A stretch of 64,000 bases of DNA. It comes from the human T2T-CHM13v2.0 reference genome, Homo sapiens. The DNA is taken from NCBI RefSeq assembly GCF_009914755.1, contig NC_060931.1. One strand, given 5' to 3'. The notes beneath the pieces are model-generated. The model ran no database searches, had not been told where the DNA came from, and was given only the letters and a program-made list of their open reading frames with translations. Shown here one piece after another: positions 27,756 to 41,830 of this stretch; the first letter of the stretch is position 1, and each line of letters opens with the position of its first letter. The translations under genes were made by a program, and so were the position numbers.

Positions 27756-30700
27756 GGCTATTGTAAGTGAAATTGAGTTCTTGATTTGGTTCTCAGCTCG
27801 AATGCTATTGGTGTATAGAAATGATACTGATTTTTATACATTGATTTTGTATCCTGAAACCTTACTGAAGTCATTTACCAAGGCTAGGGATCTTTTGAAG
27901 GGACCTTTAAGATCATGTCATCAGTGAACAGAGATAATTTAACAATTCCTTTTCCTGTTTGGATGCCTTTTACTTATTTCTCTTGCCTAAGTGCCCTGGC
28001 AAGGACTTCTAGTACTATCTTGGAAAGTCGTATTGAGGGTGGGCATCCTTGTCTTGCTCTAGTTTCTTAGGGGAAATGCTTTCAACTTTTCCTCATTCAG
28101 TGTGATGTTGGCTGTGAGTTTGTCATTTATCACTCTTACTATTTTGAGGTATGTTCCTTCAATCCGTAGTTTGTTGAGAGTTGTTATCATAAAGGCATGT
28201 TGGATTTTGAGTGCTTTTTCTGCACCTATTGAGTTGATCATATGGGTTTTTTTTTAATTGTTTATGTGGTGAATCACATTTACTGGTTTGCATAGGTTGA
28301 ACCATCCTTTGATTACTGGAATAAAACCCCCTTGATTGTGATGGATCATCTTTGTATATGCTCTTGGATTTGGCTTGCTAGTCTTTTGTTGAGGATTTTT
28401 GCATGTGTGTTTTTGCATGCAATATCCCAGCATCAGGGATGTTGACTTGTATTTTTCTTTTTTTGTTGTGCCCTTGCCTGGTTTTGGTATCAGAGTGATA
28501 CTAGTTTCATAGAATTAGTTAGGAAAGAATGCCTCCTCCTTAATTTTTTTTTTTGGAATAGTTTCAATAGGATCGATACCAGCTCATCTTCATTCATCTG
28601 GTAAAATTCAGCTGTGAGTCCATCTGGTCCTGGGCTTTTTGTTGTTCTTGGAAGATTTTTTGTTACTGATTTAATTTCAAGCAAAATCTTTTAAGAAAGA
28701 ATTGTAAAATATACATATCTAAGCCCAATTAAGACCAATAAAATGTTTGTAAGTTGAATTAAATAGTTTCTCTTTATTCCTGGTACAGTTTAAATTGCCA
28801 CTTGTCTTGAAGTAACCATTGTCTCAGCTATGTTACAGATACCATAGCTTGTAAAAATAAACAAATGAATTTGATGCCAAACTTGAAGCTCATATTGGAA
28901 TGTAATGGTTTTAATGCAGACACAATTTCTTTCTGTATCCTGATTAGATTGAAGCATTGTTTTCTACTGTAACAGCATAATATTTCATCAAAACATACCT
29001 GTGTTTGAGAGCTCATAAGGTCTTCTTGTATATTGGGAACAGATATGGCAATATTAATGACTATGTTAGGTTTTTTATACTAGCACACTTTCATATATGT
29101 ATTTGTATTTATAAGAAATTTTTCTTTCAAATGCTGCGTTCAATTGACAAAAAAAAAACTGCAAATGAAGCACAGATGCTGTGAATTGGAATACAATGTG
29201 CAATGCAATTTAGCCCTGTAGGCTTTCTGGAAAGAACCCACTTCCCCTATGATGAGTAGAGTTGTCAGTAGTGACAATAATGCTGTTAGACGTGAAAACC
29301 AAGTGTGCTCACCTATGATTGACTGACAAAGCCACGGTGCCTCCATGAATAAAATCCAAGTGCTGCGTTACAATTCATCTCATGATTTTTGTGGTTCAGT
29401 AATTTATCTTTATAAAACACCAATGACAGCTAGTATTCCGTTGTTCCTGTGAGTGAAATATGATATGCTTGCAATATGGTTTGAGGATTCACTAACTATG
29501 GCTATGTACACATAATTTGTAATCAAGTTCATGCATGAGTAGCTGAAATATAAATAGGAACATTTAAGACTGTCTCAAAACTAGATTGAATTCTCCATTT
29601 ACGTAGTCATAGCAGGATGGTTCAGGTACATGTCATAATGAGCCTTTGATGAATGTTTGAGACATTCAGAAAAGGAGTAGAAGCCAAATGAGAACCAAAA
29701 AGAAAAGAAAAACAGAAGAACCGTAGCATTACAAAGCTAAAGACTAGATAAACTTAATTTTTCAGAAGCAAATCACATAATGAAACACCAAAATGAGAAT
29801 TAAAAAGTCAGAATTTACTACTATTTGAACTCCTGAGTTTAGCCATTTTTTCTCTGATTTTCCAATGTTGAATGGAGATAATTCAGGTTGCTAAGTATAA
29901 TATTGAATATATATTTACCTTAGAAATTTGCACATATACATTATAAGCATATTTGTGGGGATGCTGTACACTAGAAAGTACCATGATTTACTCGTATTAT
30001 AGTCTATAGCTGCTATATTCATCCTCCCAAGAAATCTGTTATTATGCCATTTCTTCCGTCTATAAAGTTCTTACTAGATTAAGTTCAAACTTCTTTTTTT
30101 TTTACTTTTCATAAACTTTATTGATAGTGGCCACAATAATTTTTCCTTTTCTTTCTTTTTAAGTAAACAACATTTAAAAGATAATAGTAAATGAATTCAA
30201 ACTTCTTAATTTGAAATTCGAAGTCCTTCATCATCTGGTTTCAACTGGTACCTCTGGTCTTATCACTCATTCCATACCATGAAATGCATGCAAATTGCTC
30301 TTGCTGAATTATACATAATCCACTTGCTCATTCAGCAAACATATATTGAGTATGAACAACTCTGTGGGTTTAAAGATAGAAATATGCTGCTAATGGATAT
30401 TCATTTATATATTCTAGGAGCTCAGGAAGGGGTGGAAACCATGCAAAAAAAAAAAAAAATAGCCTCCTACACTTCCATCCCTTAATTCTTGACAATCTCT
30501 TCATTTCAGGTAGCTTTTCCATCAATTTCCATAAATAGAAACTTTTCCATGAAGTCTTCCCTATATCCTCAAAAGAAAGTAATCCATCCATTCCATAGTT
30601 CATAGTGATTTCTTTTAATATTAAGCAATGTTCACTGACTTTTATAGTTACTTCTCTACATATGTCTTCCATAAATCAGTAAGTACCTCAGAAGTTGAGG

Positions 30701-33269
30701 ACAATGTTTCAAATATTTTCTCTATCATCCACAGTCTTCAGAATTTGTAACTACAGAACAATCTGTTGAATGAGTAAAATCATGGAAGTATAGTTGGGGA
30801 CAAAATTATTCTTATTTCTTTCTTAATTTACCTCCTTAAAGATGTAAAAGAAAAAAGTCTAATTTCTCTCATCTATGACTGCAGTGGGTGTAAAATCAAA
30901 CCATTTAATTATTAAAATGAAAAATAGCACATTTTTAAAAGATTCACAGTACATTTTGTGAAGTTTTATACTGAATAAAGTTTTTTATAAGGAAAAATAA
31001 AGCATAATTATTGGAAATAAATAAAAGCATGATAATTGTCTCCATTATATAGCTATAAAATTTTATGTCTATCATTAATCCCTTATAATTATTTAAAATT
31101 ATTTCAGTCTTTTCGTATAATGTTAAGTAATAAAACTTGCATAATTATTTTTAAAAGTCTAAAAATTATAAATAACATTTATAATTCTGCATCTGTGATA
31201 GGATTTTATAACTGTACTTGTAACAAAATGGAGCTTACATTTTTAAATGTAAAATTGAATGAATACAAATTACTTTCTATCCTGAATACAGAGCATTATA
31301 CATAGCTTGCTAGACATAGCCAAAAATACATACTTGAAATCATTATAATGAAGATGATTAAATAACTATAATCATTCTGAACCCTATCTTTATGATATTA
31401 TGCCAAATGTGTTAGTAATACTTACCTACATTTTGACATGTTATAATCTACATAAATTTACTAGTGATAGATATACTTGGATTTCAGATAATGCACTAAA
31501 ATTTTCTGCATATAATAAATATTTTTATAAATGTATTATTTCTTCCAGTTAAAAATAATCATCTCTAAAGAAAAAGTAAAATATAATGCTATAATTTCTT
31601 GATCAGGCTAATGGTGAGACGATTATTCATTCTTAAAGCTTTGACTCAGAGATAATAAATCTTGCTGAGAAAGACGTTTGAATTCATTATTTCTCATAAT
31701 AAATGCTCAGTAAATATTTGATGAACTTAGGCGATGGGTCCCCATAGTTTTATTGTCAGTACTCTTCATGTTTATGCCAATAGGACCTAATAATCATATA
31801 AAATACATTTTCATCTAGCATCTGATTTCCATAAAATGATAACTTTGTCTTCTTCAGTATCATCTCATTGTCTTGACATAGTAAGAGCTAAATTATAATA
31901 TTGATTATTATTAAGTGCCTAGTTAAAGAAGGAAGGAAATCATCCTAGTCAGTTTCCTTATGTTGCTTCATAAACCTATCCCTAGATGATCCACCAGCTT
32001 ACTATACACCAGGCATTGTTAGAATTCTCGTCAGCTCTCAATGGCTCCCTTTTGTCACAAAGTCAACATTGACTTGAACCAATGTAAACGCTAAATACTT
32101 TAAGAATGAAATAACTATATGATTCCTGTCTTGAGGTAACTTCATCGATCACAGTAGAAAATGGTAAGTTTACAAGATGCTAAGTAGGGATTTATTAGGA
32201 TGTTTACACGGTGGTAGACAGAGATCTGTCAGATAGGTGGACGGCCTAAATAAAAGCATGAGATTTGTTCTTAAATTCTGTCTGCAGAGCACAGTGAACA
32301 ATTCAAGTCTACATGTAAAGTGATCTTACAGTGACTTACAATGGACTCTTTCTGCCTTTTGTATAGTACAAATGATGTTTGTTTTCCAAATGTATACAGC
32401 TAATTGTAAACTCTTTCTTGTGTAACCATAACTTTTGTTTGAGCCAAGACATTACCAGAGTGGGAAAGCCGCTGTTTAAACAAAGAAGAAAATCAACAGT
32501 GAAAAGAGGTGTCTAGTGACCAATTTCTGTTTGCTTGAGTTCCCTTTGAGAACGGGCTGGGAATAAATAAATTAAACAACTGAGGCTTTTACAGGAAAAC
32601 AATAACAAAAGCCCTTTTCTGTCTTTGCACAGTTCAGAGACAAAAACAGAGGTCACACATCCTCCAGCAAGTCTGCTTCATATTCAGGCGTCTCTTACAG
32701 GGACGAAAAAATCTCTCGTAGAAGTCATGCTCAATAAAATGCAAACTCGTTTACGAAAATGCCAACATTTTCATTTTCTTTTGATGACTTTCTCAGAGAA
32801 TAATGATGTTCAGCTTAGGGTTTTTTATTTTATTTTTATTTGTAGTGCCCTTTGGGAAAGAACATTTTCTCTTTTAAAAGCCACACAAAGTTTAACTCAA
32901 GCAGTCTCATTGTTCTTTCTCCCACAAAGCTAGCAAGAAAGACTAATGTATTACTTAATGAAGCTATTCATTGCTTAATAAAAATAAGAATTAGTAACAA
33001 TAACTGTTATATTCACATTAACCTTACTTTTATGCTTTAACATAGAAATTGTTCTGATGTACTATATTTCTACCATAATTTGCTTTAAAAAATAAAGCGA
33101 GTGGGAAGTATAAATCCCATGATATGAAAAGTAAGATATCCTTTTCATTGTTATTGTAGAAATCTGAGTTAATAACCTGTGCTAAACCCAGCTAACAAAA
33201 TCTCAAGTTTTGGAAAGTGCAGAGTTGTAATACTGATGATAAGTGGCAGCTCTGAAAAGTGAAAAAAAA

Positions 33270-33400
33270 TCTTTGACTTGAATTTCACAAACTTGGGTCT
33301 TACTACCAGGTTTTCAACTTACTAGTTTATATGGGCAAGTCTCTTAAATTTTTTGAATCTCGATTTAATCATCTGTTCATTTTCAAAATGGGAAGTAACT
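33270..33400 (+). mobile_element. MIR fragment
   Basis: gggcaagtctcttaaatt...ctcgatttaatcatctgt...aaaatgggaagt. Confidence 0.6.
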
Positions 33401-35042
33401 CTGGCTGTTACACAGAATGGTCACTTATTAAATTTTTGATGTTCACATATAACTTAAAAGAAAGTTCATATGTAACTTTAAAGAAGGCTATATGTGAACA
33501 TTACAAATAATGATAAGGACCAATATAATAAACCTCTGGTGCAAGATTTTTATAACGAATCATCAGCATTCAATATAGGAAGGCTGCAACATTGCTCATA
33601 GATATCTCCCTTGAAATAGGTAAATTCACCAGATTTACAAAATGGATTAGCCAAAAGCTTATATTAAATATTATTTTTAAAAGACAATATGTATATTAAG
33701 AATTGATGCTCTGTGAGGTCAGTAACTTTATTTTTGATGTAGTCATATTGTCTAGGGTATTGTCTGACATAGTATTGAATAATTGAATGAAAGAATTCCC
33801 TGAATATACTTTCCTTTAGTATATTCACAGGCTGATTTAGTTCATAACTACAATCCTCATGAATATGTTCTTCATGAATATATTTATTAAAAGACTAAAC
33901 CTATGACCCTTAGCTTTTGATAAATTAAATAATCCCTACAATACTACTAATATATTCACATTTATTGGATATATTTAAGAGAAATATATTCATGAATATA
34001 TTCATAAGATGAATACATTCATATTCATAGAATATATTCAAGAAGAATATTTCTTAACACAATTACCTAATAAATTGGTAAAATTGATGAATTTGGTGAG
34101 TTAGTCATCACCTGATTCTTTAGATAATTGTTTTTGGCCAATCCACTCTTAAAGAATTGGTTTTCACTGAATTGATCTAGAGACCCTTCCCTTGACTATG
34201 ACCTGTGTGATCATCAGCAGGTAGCTACTAGCTACTGGAGTTTACCACCCTCTACACCTGTGAGCTCAGATCACCTTCTGTGAAACTGCTGTTGGGGGAT
34301 AGACAGGACCTCCATCTTCCAAAAGGAGGGAGGTTAGAAGCCAATGTCTTCTTCAGACCAAGAGTGACTTAATTCGCTCATCCGGCTTACTGTTTCAAAT
34401 TCTTCTCCCTAAATTCTGTGCCTTCTTAGTCCTCCTTGTTCTTCAGAGGCTACGGCTTTACCTTGGGGAGATTTGATAGTGGGCATGAAACCTTAGTACA
34501 ACTTGTTAAAGGCTGAGCTAGACACAAAGGGGACACTCTAATTTAGCTATTAGTCTAAGTGTGTAATCCATATAAATCAGGTGTGACCAGCCACATGAAA
34601 CTCCTTTCTCAAATAATGTATATTTAGTTTTTCAAACTTGACTTATATCCCCAGCTACCAAAGAACTTAGCTTCTCCAGGAAAGTCACTGTCATTGTGAG
34701 CCATGGTTTGGATGACATCATCATCTCTCAAATATGTGAGAGCAGAGTGAAGATTGAGAATCTTCAAGCTAATTTAAGCCATGACAGTGGTGAGATTTCA
34801 AGAGTTAAACATTAGGCTATTTGAACCATCTGGTTATACTTTTTAGTCTAAGGCATACAGAGATGGTGAATTTAAGAAGAATGAAGATGAGGAAAGCCTG
34901 AGAAAATTTAAATACAGGGAAGATGATGGACTCTCTACAGTTTAAAGGGAAAGCAAAACAAAATGGTGCTTAATTTTATATTATGTATCTGTGTGTCATA
35001 AAAGAGCCTTAATCATGGTTGATAATTAATCAAAGGAAAGCC

Positions 35043-35210
35043 CTTTATTTTTATTATTAATTTATTACTATTACTATTATTTATATGTAGAGAAAGATGG
35101 GGGTCTCACTCTGTTGTCCAAGCTGGTCTTGAACTCCTAGTCTCAAGCAACTTTCCTGCTTTGGCCTCCCAAAATGCTGGGATTACAGATATGAACCACT
35201 TCACCCAGCC
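35043..35210 (-). mobile_element. FLAM (free left Alu monomer)
   Basis: Single monomer ggtcttgaactcctagtctcaagc...gctgggattacag...cccagcc with AT-rich tail. Confidence 0.85.
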
Positions 35211-35569
35211 ACCATTAAGTTTACAAATGAAATTAGACATAATTTGAAAGTGATATCAACTTGAAAACCCTTAAAAGTGTCCTGAAGTCACCTTCAAAAA
35301 TTTTATGAAGACATTGTCTACTATGCCATAGTCCACCAATAATTTCTTCTTATACACTGCAGTTCACATGACATTAATGGCATTGATAGCTATCAGTTTT
35401 GCTAAATTATAATATATTAATATCCTACAACTATATGCATATTTCATGAGTTTTTTGACACATCTATACCCCCATCTAATGAGTTTTAAAGATAACAGTG
35501 ACTCCAATATTTTCCACATTTTAAGGTATTTTTATGTTGTACATTAAATATATTCTTGCCCTGATTTAT

Positions 35570-35710
35570 TATTTTATTTTGTTGACATATATATATGGAA
35601 AAAGTCCATATTATGATTGTATAGTTCAAAGGCTTTTTTTTAAAAAAAACTGAACATACCTATGTAACTAGTGTCTATATCAAGAAATAGAATGTTACCA
35701 ACCCTCCAGA
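35570..35710 (-). mobile_element. Old L1M 3'UTR fragment
   Basis: aactgaacatacctatgtaact...atcaagaaatagaatgttaccaaccctccaga. Confidence 0.65.
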
Positions 35711-38700
35711 TTGCTTTTAGTTTCAATAATTCATTTTAACTAGAGGGATGCTCATCTAGCAACCAACTTTAAGCAATATGCAGCAAGTAGCTACCAAAAA
35801 CAATATAATTGTGCTATATAATAAAAAAAGATTATCTGTGGATCTAGCTAATGTTGTCTTTAGATAGGACATGTTCTATAAATAAGAAAATGATAATTAC
35901 TCATTTGTATCATAGAAGTTTAACATTATATGTCATCTAACCTACCAGAAATTCTCTCACATAATTGCCTTTGTGGGGTATTGCTGGATGACATCTTCAT
36001 CCTAATATTAGTATTCCAGAGAATTTCTGAAATAGAGAACAAATGCTTTTCCCAAAAATCTTACTTCTATCTTCAATTTCCCAGTACTTTCTGGGACTCT
36101 ACAACTTGGCGTTAAATCACAGAAGTGGCTATGAATTCCCTTTCAGATTTTACCTGGTAAAAGATCTTAGTTCTTTCTATGGTCCTGGTTTCATCTTCCA
36201 TATTGGTATGTCATTTATTTATTCCCAAGATTCTATGACGTTACCAGGACTTCCCATCTTCCCTTTACTAAGATACAATATTCAAGTGACGAGTCCTACA
36301 TTTTCCACATGTAATTTTCTTTTTTCATCTCGGTGAAATCTCTTTCATCTCTGTAGGTGTTCCATGGCCATTGTGTTTAATGTTTAGAGTCATCCAGAAC
36401 GGCAAGTACAAATGTGAAGCCAAAAGTTTTCAACTTCAATTATATAAGTATTTATTTTAATGTGCCCTAAATAACGTGTTTTTTTTCCCCCAAATCAATA
36501 CATCATCATTGGTCTTTCTATTCCTCTCTATGGCACATGAATGTATTCTAGTCTTTTTTTTAAGTAGTTAGCATGAAAAGGAATCTTGTAATTCAGCTGG
36601 AATGAAGCGTTCATTTTAGTGATAAAAATTTGGAGGACAGAGAGAGAAAGCAACTTCTTCACATAATATTACAGTACATGCTGCCCAAATTCTAACCCAA
36701 CTCTATTTTAGTATATCACACGGCTCTCCTGTCTTACGTAGCATGTAATGAATATCACATATGTGTGCATACACATATACAAGCACACATACCTGACTTA
36801 TGCACATGATGCCAACCCATGAAACCATATTAATAACAAATCAATATTTTTAAAATTTATGCTAGGATAAAAATATTACATTTTAAAATATTTTTATTTT
36901 TAACCATTAATCAAATGCCTATCACATTTAGTTTATAATCCACAAAAAGACTTGGTAACATACATTTATATCCTAATATGTGTTACTTCACTCACATAAA
37001 TACTGTTTTAACGTACTCACCTATGGCATTTTTCCACACAAGTTTTGCCACTAGGAGTAAGAAAAACTACCAAAAGGGCAGTTGACACTCAAAAAAGATT
37101 ATTGTTGAATTGAAGATTGCTGAAGAGACATAGTTAATGAATACCTTGAGAGGTACCTTTCAAGGTTCAGTCCTCATTAATGGTTTAATTGGAGGAAATG
37201 ACATTGAGCTGAAACATACAGAAGCTGCTAGGAGTCATGTAGAAGAATAAGTAGTAGAGAGGTTGGCAGGAAAAACCTACCTGTAAAAGGTAAGCACTGA
37301 GTTTTTGCCTATATCTGCAGCCTGGGTGCATCCTTTGAATAAAAGTTAAAGATTATCTGGTGGCATGTATAAAAACAGAGTTTTATAAAAAAAGGATTAA
37401 TGCAGAATTATCTGAAATAAGAAACTCTATTCTTATTATGCAATTTATAAAGCAATTTAAGAATAATTGTTTCTATTCAAATCATAAAGGATTGTACCTG
37501 GATGTAATATTTTAAGATGTCTTTTCCTTGTCAGGATTCTGATCATGATGATTTCCTGAACTTGGGAATTTCTGTGCCCCTGAGTGACTGGATAACCTCT
37601 CTAACTTAAAAACAATTATCTCACTCGTGTTACCCAGTAAACACAGGTATAAAAAGGCTCTATTTTAATGAAAGCCACTAAAATTCAAGTTCTTTATGAT
37701 TATTATGGAACCAAAATTTTGAAATATTTCAAAGAATAGAATTAATCATACATACTATTTTAAAGGAAGCCATTAAATTACATTTCTGACAATTTTTCAT
37801 TTTAAGCTTTTGTTATAAACATTTAGAAAAAATGAGAAAATTGATTCAAGAATTAACCTTGTCTAAATTGTCATTATTTTCATTTTTGATATTCCTATTA
37901 TTCCTTTTTAAAAATACTTTTTGCATTGCATCTATAATACTAATATGACAGAATTTAAAAAGTCATTGACCAATAGCATTACATAATTTCTTCCTTAATA
38001 CATAAGAGGACAGGAACTATGTGCCTTTGGGACATGGAGAAGAGGCAAGGTGCTCTGTAATCATTCTAGTGTTCATTTCTCTAACAGGATAACACCAGCC
38101 TTGAAGACGGGACCAATAGAGTTTTAATGGCATATTACAATTAGGATATGGAAAACAAGAGAATGCCTATATTTGGGATGACTTCTTGTCAGATTCCCAG
38201 TTGGATACCAAACTAATCTCAGCTACACTCTGTCTTCCCCATTTATTTTTATTTATTCTTCCAAAGCTATGTAACTCTGATTTGTAAAATATAGAGAAGC
38301 GTTTTCTAGAAATTATAAATATGTACATAAAGCTATTTACATATCATTAGACCATACAGTTGGGCAAACTCCATAAAGTCTGGAATCATCAGATTTATTT
38401 TTATATTGTCTACAATGTGTCAAATAGATATATCCTCAGAAAAAGTCAGAGGAATTGATTTGAATGTCCTTGCCGTTTACATAGTGTCAATTTTCTATAA
38501 ACCAAGGATGATTTTGTGCCTTTATAGAAAACTAAGATATTACATTTATCTGAAACATATATGGGACAAAAATAAAGGTCTAAAAATAACTTAGTCAATT
38601 TAGATTTAAGAAATTGTAATAATAATAATGAAAACTTATATTCCTAAAATGATACAATAACAATCTTATCACTACAAATCTCTGCTTAGAACAGAACAAA

Positions 38701-39059
38701 ACAGTGACTGTAAACAAATACTAATATTTAATTTAAAAAATTAACTTGGATATTTATTTTAAAAAGCTAAGGAACAGGAAATATAACCTATAAATGTTTA
38801 AATAGAAAAAACGGAACGTAAGAAAAATAATCTGAAAAGCATAAATGAAATGATAATATATGCATTACCCAATAAAGTCAAATGGTGCAATTAAAGAATG
38901 ATGAATTATATAAACCAGGGTTCTGAACCTGAGAGAAGACCTAAACCACTGAAAGTGCATACAAATTTGGGGTATATATGAATGAGTTTTTCTTGGATCA
39001 GGATTCATAGTTTTCATTAGCTTCTCAATATACACCACTATTCAAAGTTCTTCTCCTTT

Positions 39060-40730
39060 ATAGCTAAACTACTCGAGGGTCATATCTTCCCTTTCCATTC
39101 ACCTACCATATTCTCCCCTTTCCACTCCAATCAACATTCTCCTTCACATTCTCAAATCTAATGTTCACTTCTCCTCCTTGTTTTACTTGATGTCTCAGAT
39201 GCACTTATAAGAGTTGACTAGTCCCTGCTTCTTCAAATAGTTTCCTTCTTCACATCACATTCTCCTATTCTTTTACTGGCCACTCTCTCAGTAATCTTTC
39301 TTTGTTAAAGAAAAAAAAATATTCAGTGACACTTGTTACGGCATGGTGAGAAATATTTTATTCAGTGCCATCTCAATGGGTATGGGGACCACAGCAATGG
39401 GATTTTGCAGTGGCGGAGACTACGCTCAACTTCAAATATAGCACGGGCAAGTGGGAATTTATATAGCCAAAGAATAGAGTGGGGTCAGTGGATGCAACAT
39501 TACTAAGAAGAAACATCAGGTGCAAAGAGGATTCTGGTTAAACTGTCCTAACAGGATTCTCACTGAAAACAAGCTGGGGTGATCCACCATCCCCCGGGAG
39601 ATGGCGAAGGATGAGGAACCTGATCAGATATCATCGGGGTAATTATATATGGAAAATCAGAGCAGGGGGAGTAGGAATGGGGGTGTGTCTTGCTAAACTG
39701 ACTTAGCAGGGTTCTTTGCTAAGCTGAATTGTATAAGGAATTGCACAGATGGGCCTTGGAGAAACTTCAGGAGCTTAACTAAAGTTTAGTCAAGCAAAGA
39801 ATCTCTGCTACCTGGCCTCTCATCCATTTCCTCAACTTTGAAAATTTAGAGTACTCCAAGGCTCAGCCTAAACTCTCTTTTCTGTGTCAAGTCTCTCCCC
39901 AGGTAACTTCATCTTGCCCCGTGACTTACACTCATGACATACGATTTGTATCTCCAGACTACATTTTTTTCTTGAGCTCCAGACCCAAATATATAACTGC
40001 CTACCCGATATCTCTACTTGGTGATCTAACAGATTCGCCCAACCTCGACTCCCTCCCCCAGTCTCTCATTACAGTTAAATGGCATCAATTTCCACTCAGT
40101 TGCTTAAGTTACAGATCTATTTCTCAAACTTTCGACAGCCAGTCAATGACCCACCAGTTGTGCTTCCAAAACGTGAAAAATCTGGCCACATTTCTCCAGT
40201 GCTAACCTCCGTCCAAACTTCCATCGTCTCTTGCCCTAATGACGGTAAGAGCATCCTAATAGATGTCCTTACCTTCACTCTTGCCTTCTACTTATCAGGC
40301 CTTTACCTATATATTTTCTCTTATTTCCTCAGTCCTTCCCCCTTACCTTTTGCACTCTGGTCCCTTTGGTCTGGCACTCCAATACACCAAGCATATTTTC
40401 TCTCAGGGCCTTTGCATCAAATCATCATGTGGCTGACCTCTTGTTGTCCTTCAGGCTTCAGATTTACTGTCACCTCCTCAGAGCATTACCCTTTTGTCAA
40501 TCATTCTTATCTCTCTATTACAATCTCTGTTTTAGTTATTTTATAGCAGTTATCACTGTCTGAAATTGTACCTGTAAACCCATTGTCTGTCTTCGCACAC
40601 AAGAATATAAGCTCCCTGAGGGCAGGGGCCTTGTGTGTCTTCTTTACTCTTATACCCCTGCCACCTCAAACTATGCCAGTTGCATTGTAAGAGATGAATT
40701 AATGAGTGAATAAATGAGTGAAAGAATGAG
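39060..40730 (+). mobile_element. L2 LINE (3' region) interrupted by a MER31-like LTR
   Basis: Pyrimidine-rich L2 motifs ending aagctccctgagggcagggg...gaattaatgagtgaataaatgagtg. Confidence 0.75.
39303..39810 (-). mobile_element. MER31-like ERV1 solo LTR
   Basis: tgttaaagaaaaa...gggaccacagcaat...gctaaactgacttagcagggttctttgctaa; homologous to 63027-63522. Confidence 0.75.
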
Positions 40731-41754
40731 CTTGACTCTTTGAAGGAGAACTGTAAAAGGGCTTAAGCTGGTGGGAGCAAATTTACACGTTCCTCTCTTT
40801 AGAGAACAGCTGAAAAGTTAAGATGAAAAGCAAAGACTGTCAAATCACCCCAGTCATAAGAAATCAGAGAAAGCAGACGATGATCATCACGTGCTTCTTC
40901 CTGTTTTTTAACCTTTCTTCAGTTATCAAAGTAACGAGAGTAGTTTGCAGTTACTCGTGGCCAAAGCCAGATGAAATACAACAGATATTAAGTGTGACAT
41001 CTCTTCATGATATGAATATTTTCTCTGTTATACTTTTTTGGGTTTTCCAAGTTTTTTCCAATAAATGTCACTTTATGGATGAAGAATTGTATTCTTTAAA
41101 AGTCTGTATTTAAAACCTGAAACCCATCTCAAATGCCACTCTATAATGTCTTTGTCTTGTGACCTCACACACTACATACAAAATGTGATGTGTTCCTTTT
41201 CTAAAACCTCCAAAGTGCCTTCCCTTTATACATACATGTACTTTGTCTTTATACATACATGACAAAATAATAATGATAAAAGCTGCTACTGTCTCTCAAT
41301 AGTATCAGGTACCTCATATACATTATGACTCATGAATCATGATTTCCTCTATAAGGAAACCAAGTTACAAAGAAATGTAAAAACTTATTCAAATTAAAAT
41401 AGCTAAATATTTCTAGACCAGAAACCAGTTATGACTTACTGTATCTCTAGTGCTAAAATAGTACTTAGGAAATAGTAGGTATTCAATACATATTTACAAA
41501 TAAACAGAGGATTGATATTGTCATTTGAAACCCTGGTATAAATGACATCCTGGTATGATACCCAGACTTAACGGCTTTACCACACCCCATCTTAGATCTT
41601 ACCTACATTTTTTCATTAATCAATAGTCAGATGAATTAGAACCCTCCTTGAAGCCAACAATAGCTTCCTATTCATGACAACTTGTATTGTGTTTTATATT
41701 CAACAGAGAATCAAATACTAAAAAAAAAACAGGAGAGACAATTGGGGAGAGTGA

Positions 41755-41830
41755 GAAATAAAGAGGAAAGAAAAATAAAGGAAAGGAGGGAAGGAAGGAA
41801 GAAAGAAAGGAAAGAAGGAAGGAAGGCAGG
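41755..41830. repeat. Purine-rich (GGAA/GAAA)n low-complexity tract
   Basis: Direct observation. Confidence 0.8.

Larger units (their letters stand above)
25672..28679 (-). mobile_element. L1PB (PB4-like), ~3 kb, 5'-truncated, with decayed ORF2
   Basis: 3'UTR motifs; ORF2 remnants [14 protein letters not shown] (28490-28684) and KLKAFPLR (28059-28241); TSD agcaacatcttt 25660-25671 / agcaaaatcttt 28680-28691. Confidence 0.92.

Noticed and set aside
26668-28684. Several ORFs, including RT-like peptides
   Set aside because: Fragments of a decayed L1 ORF2 and its antisense frames; multiple stops and frameshifts.
39921-40563. Overlapping 94-, 155- and 65-aa ORFs
   Set aside because: Lie within a pyrimidine-rich L2 fossil; no domain similarity.
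41224-41261. 15-bp direct repeat ctttatacatacatg x2
   Set aside because: Ordinary short slippage duplication in low-complexity sequence.
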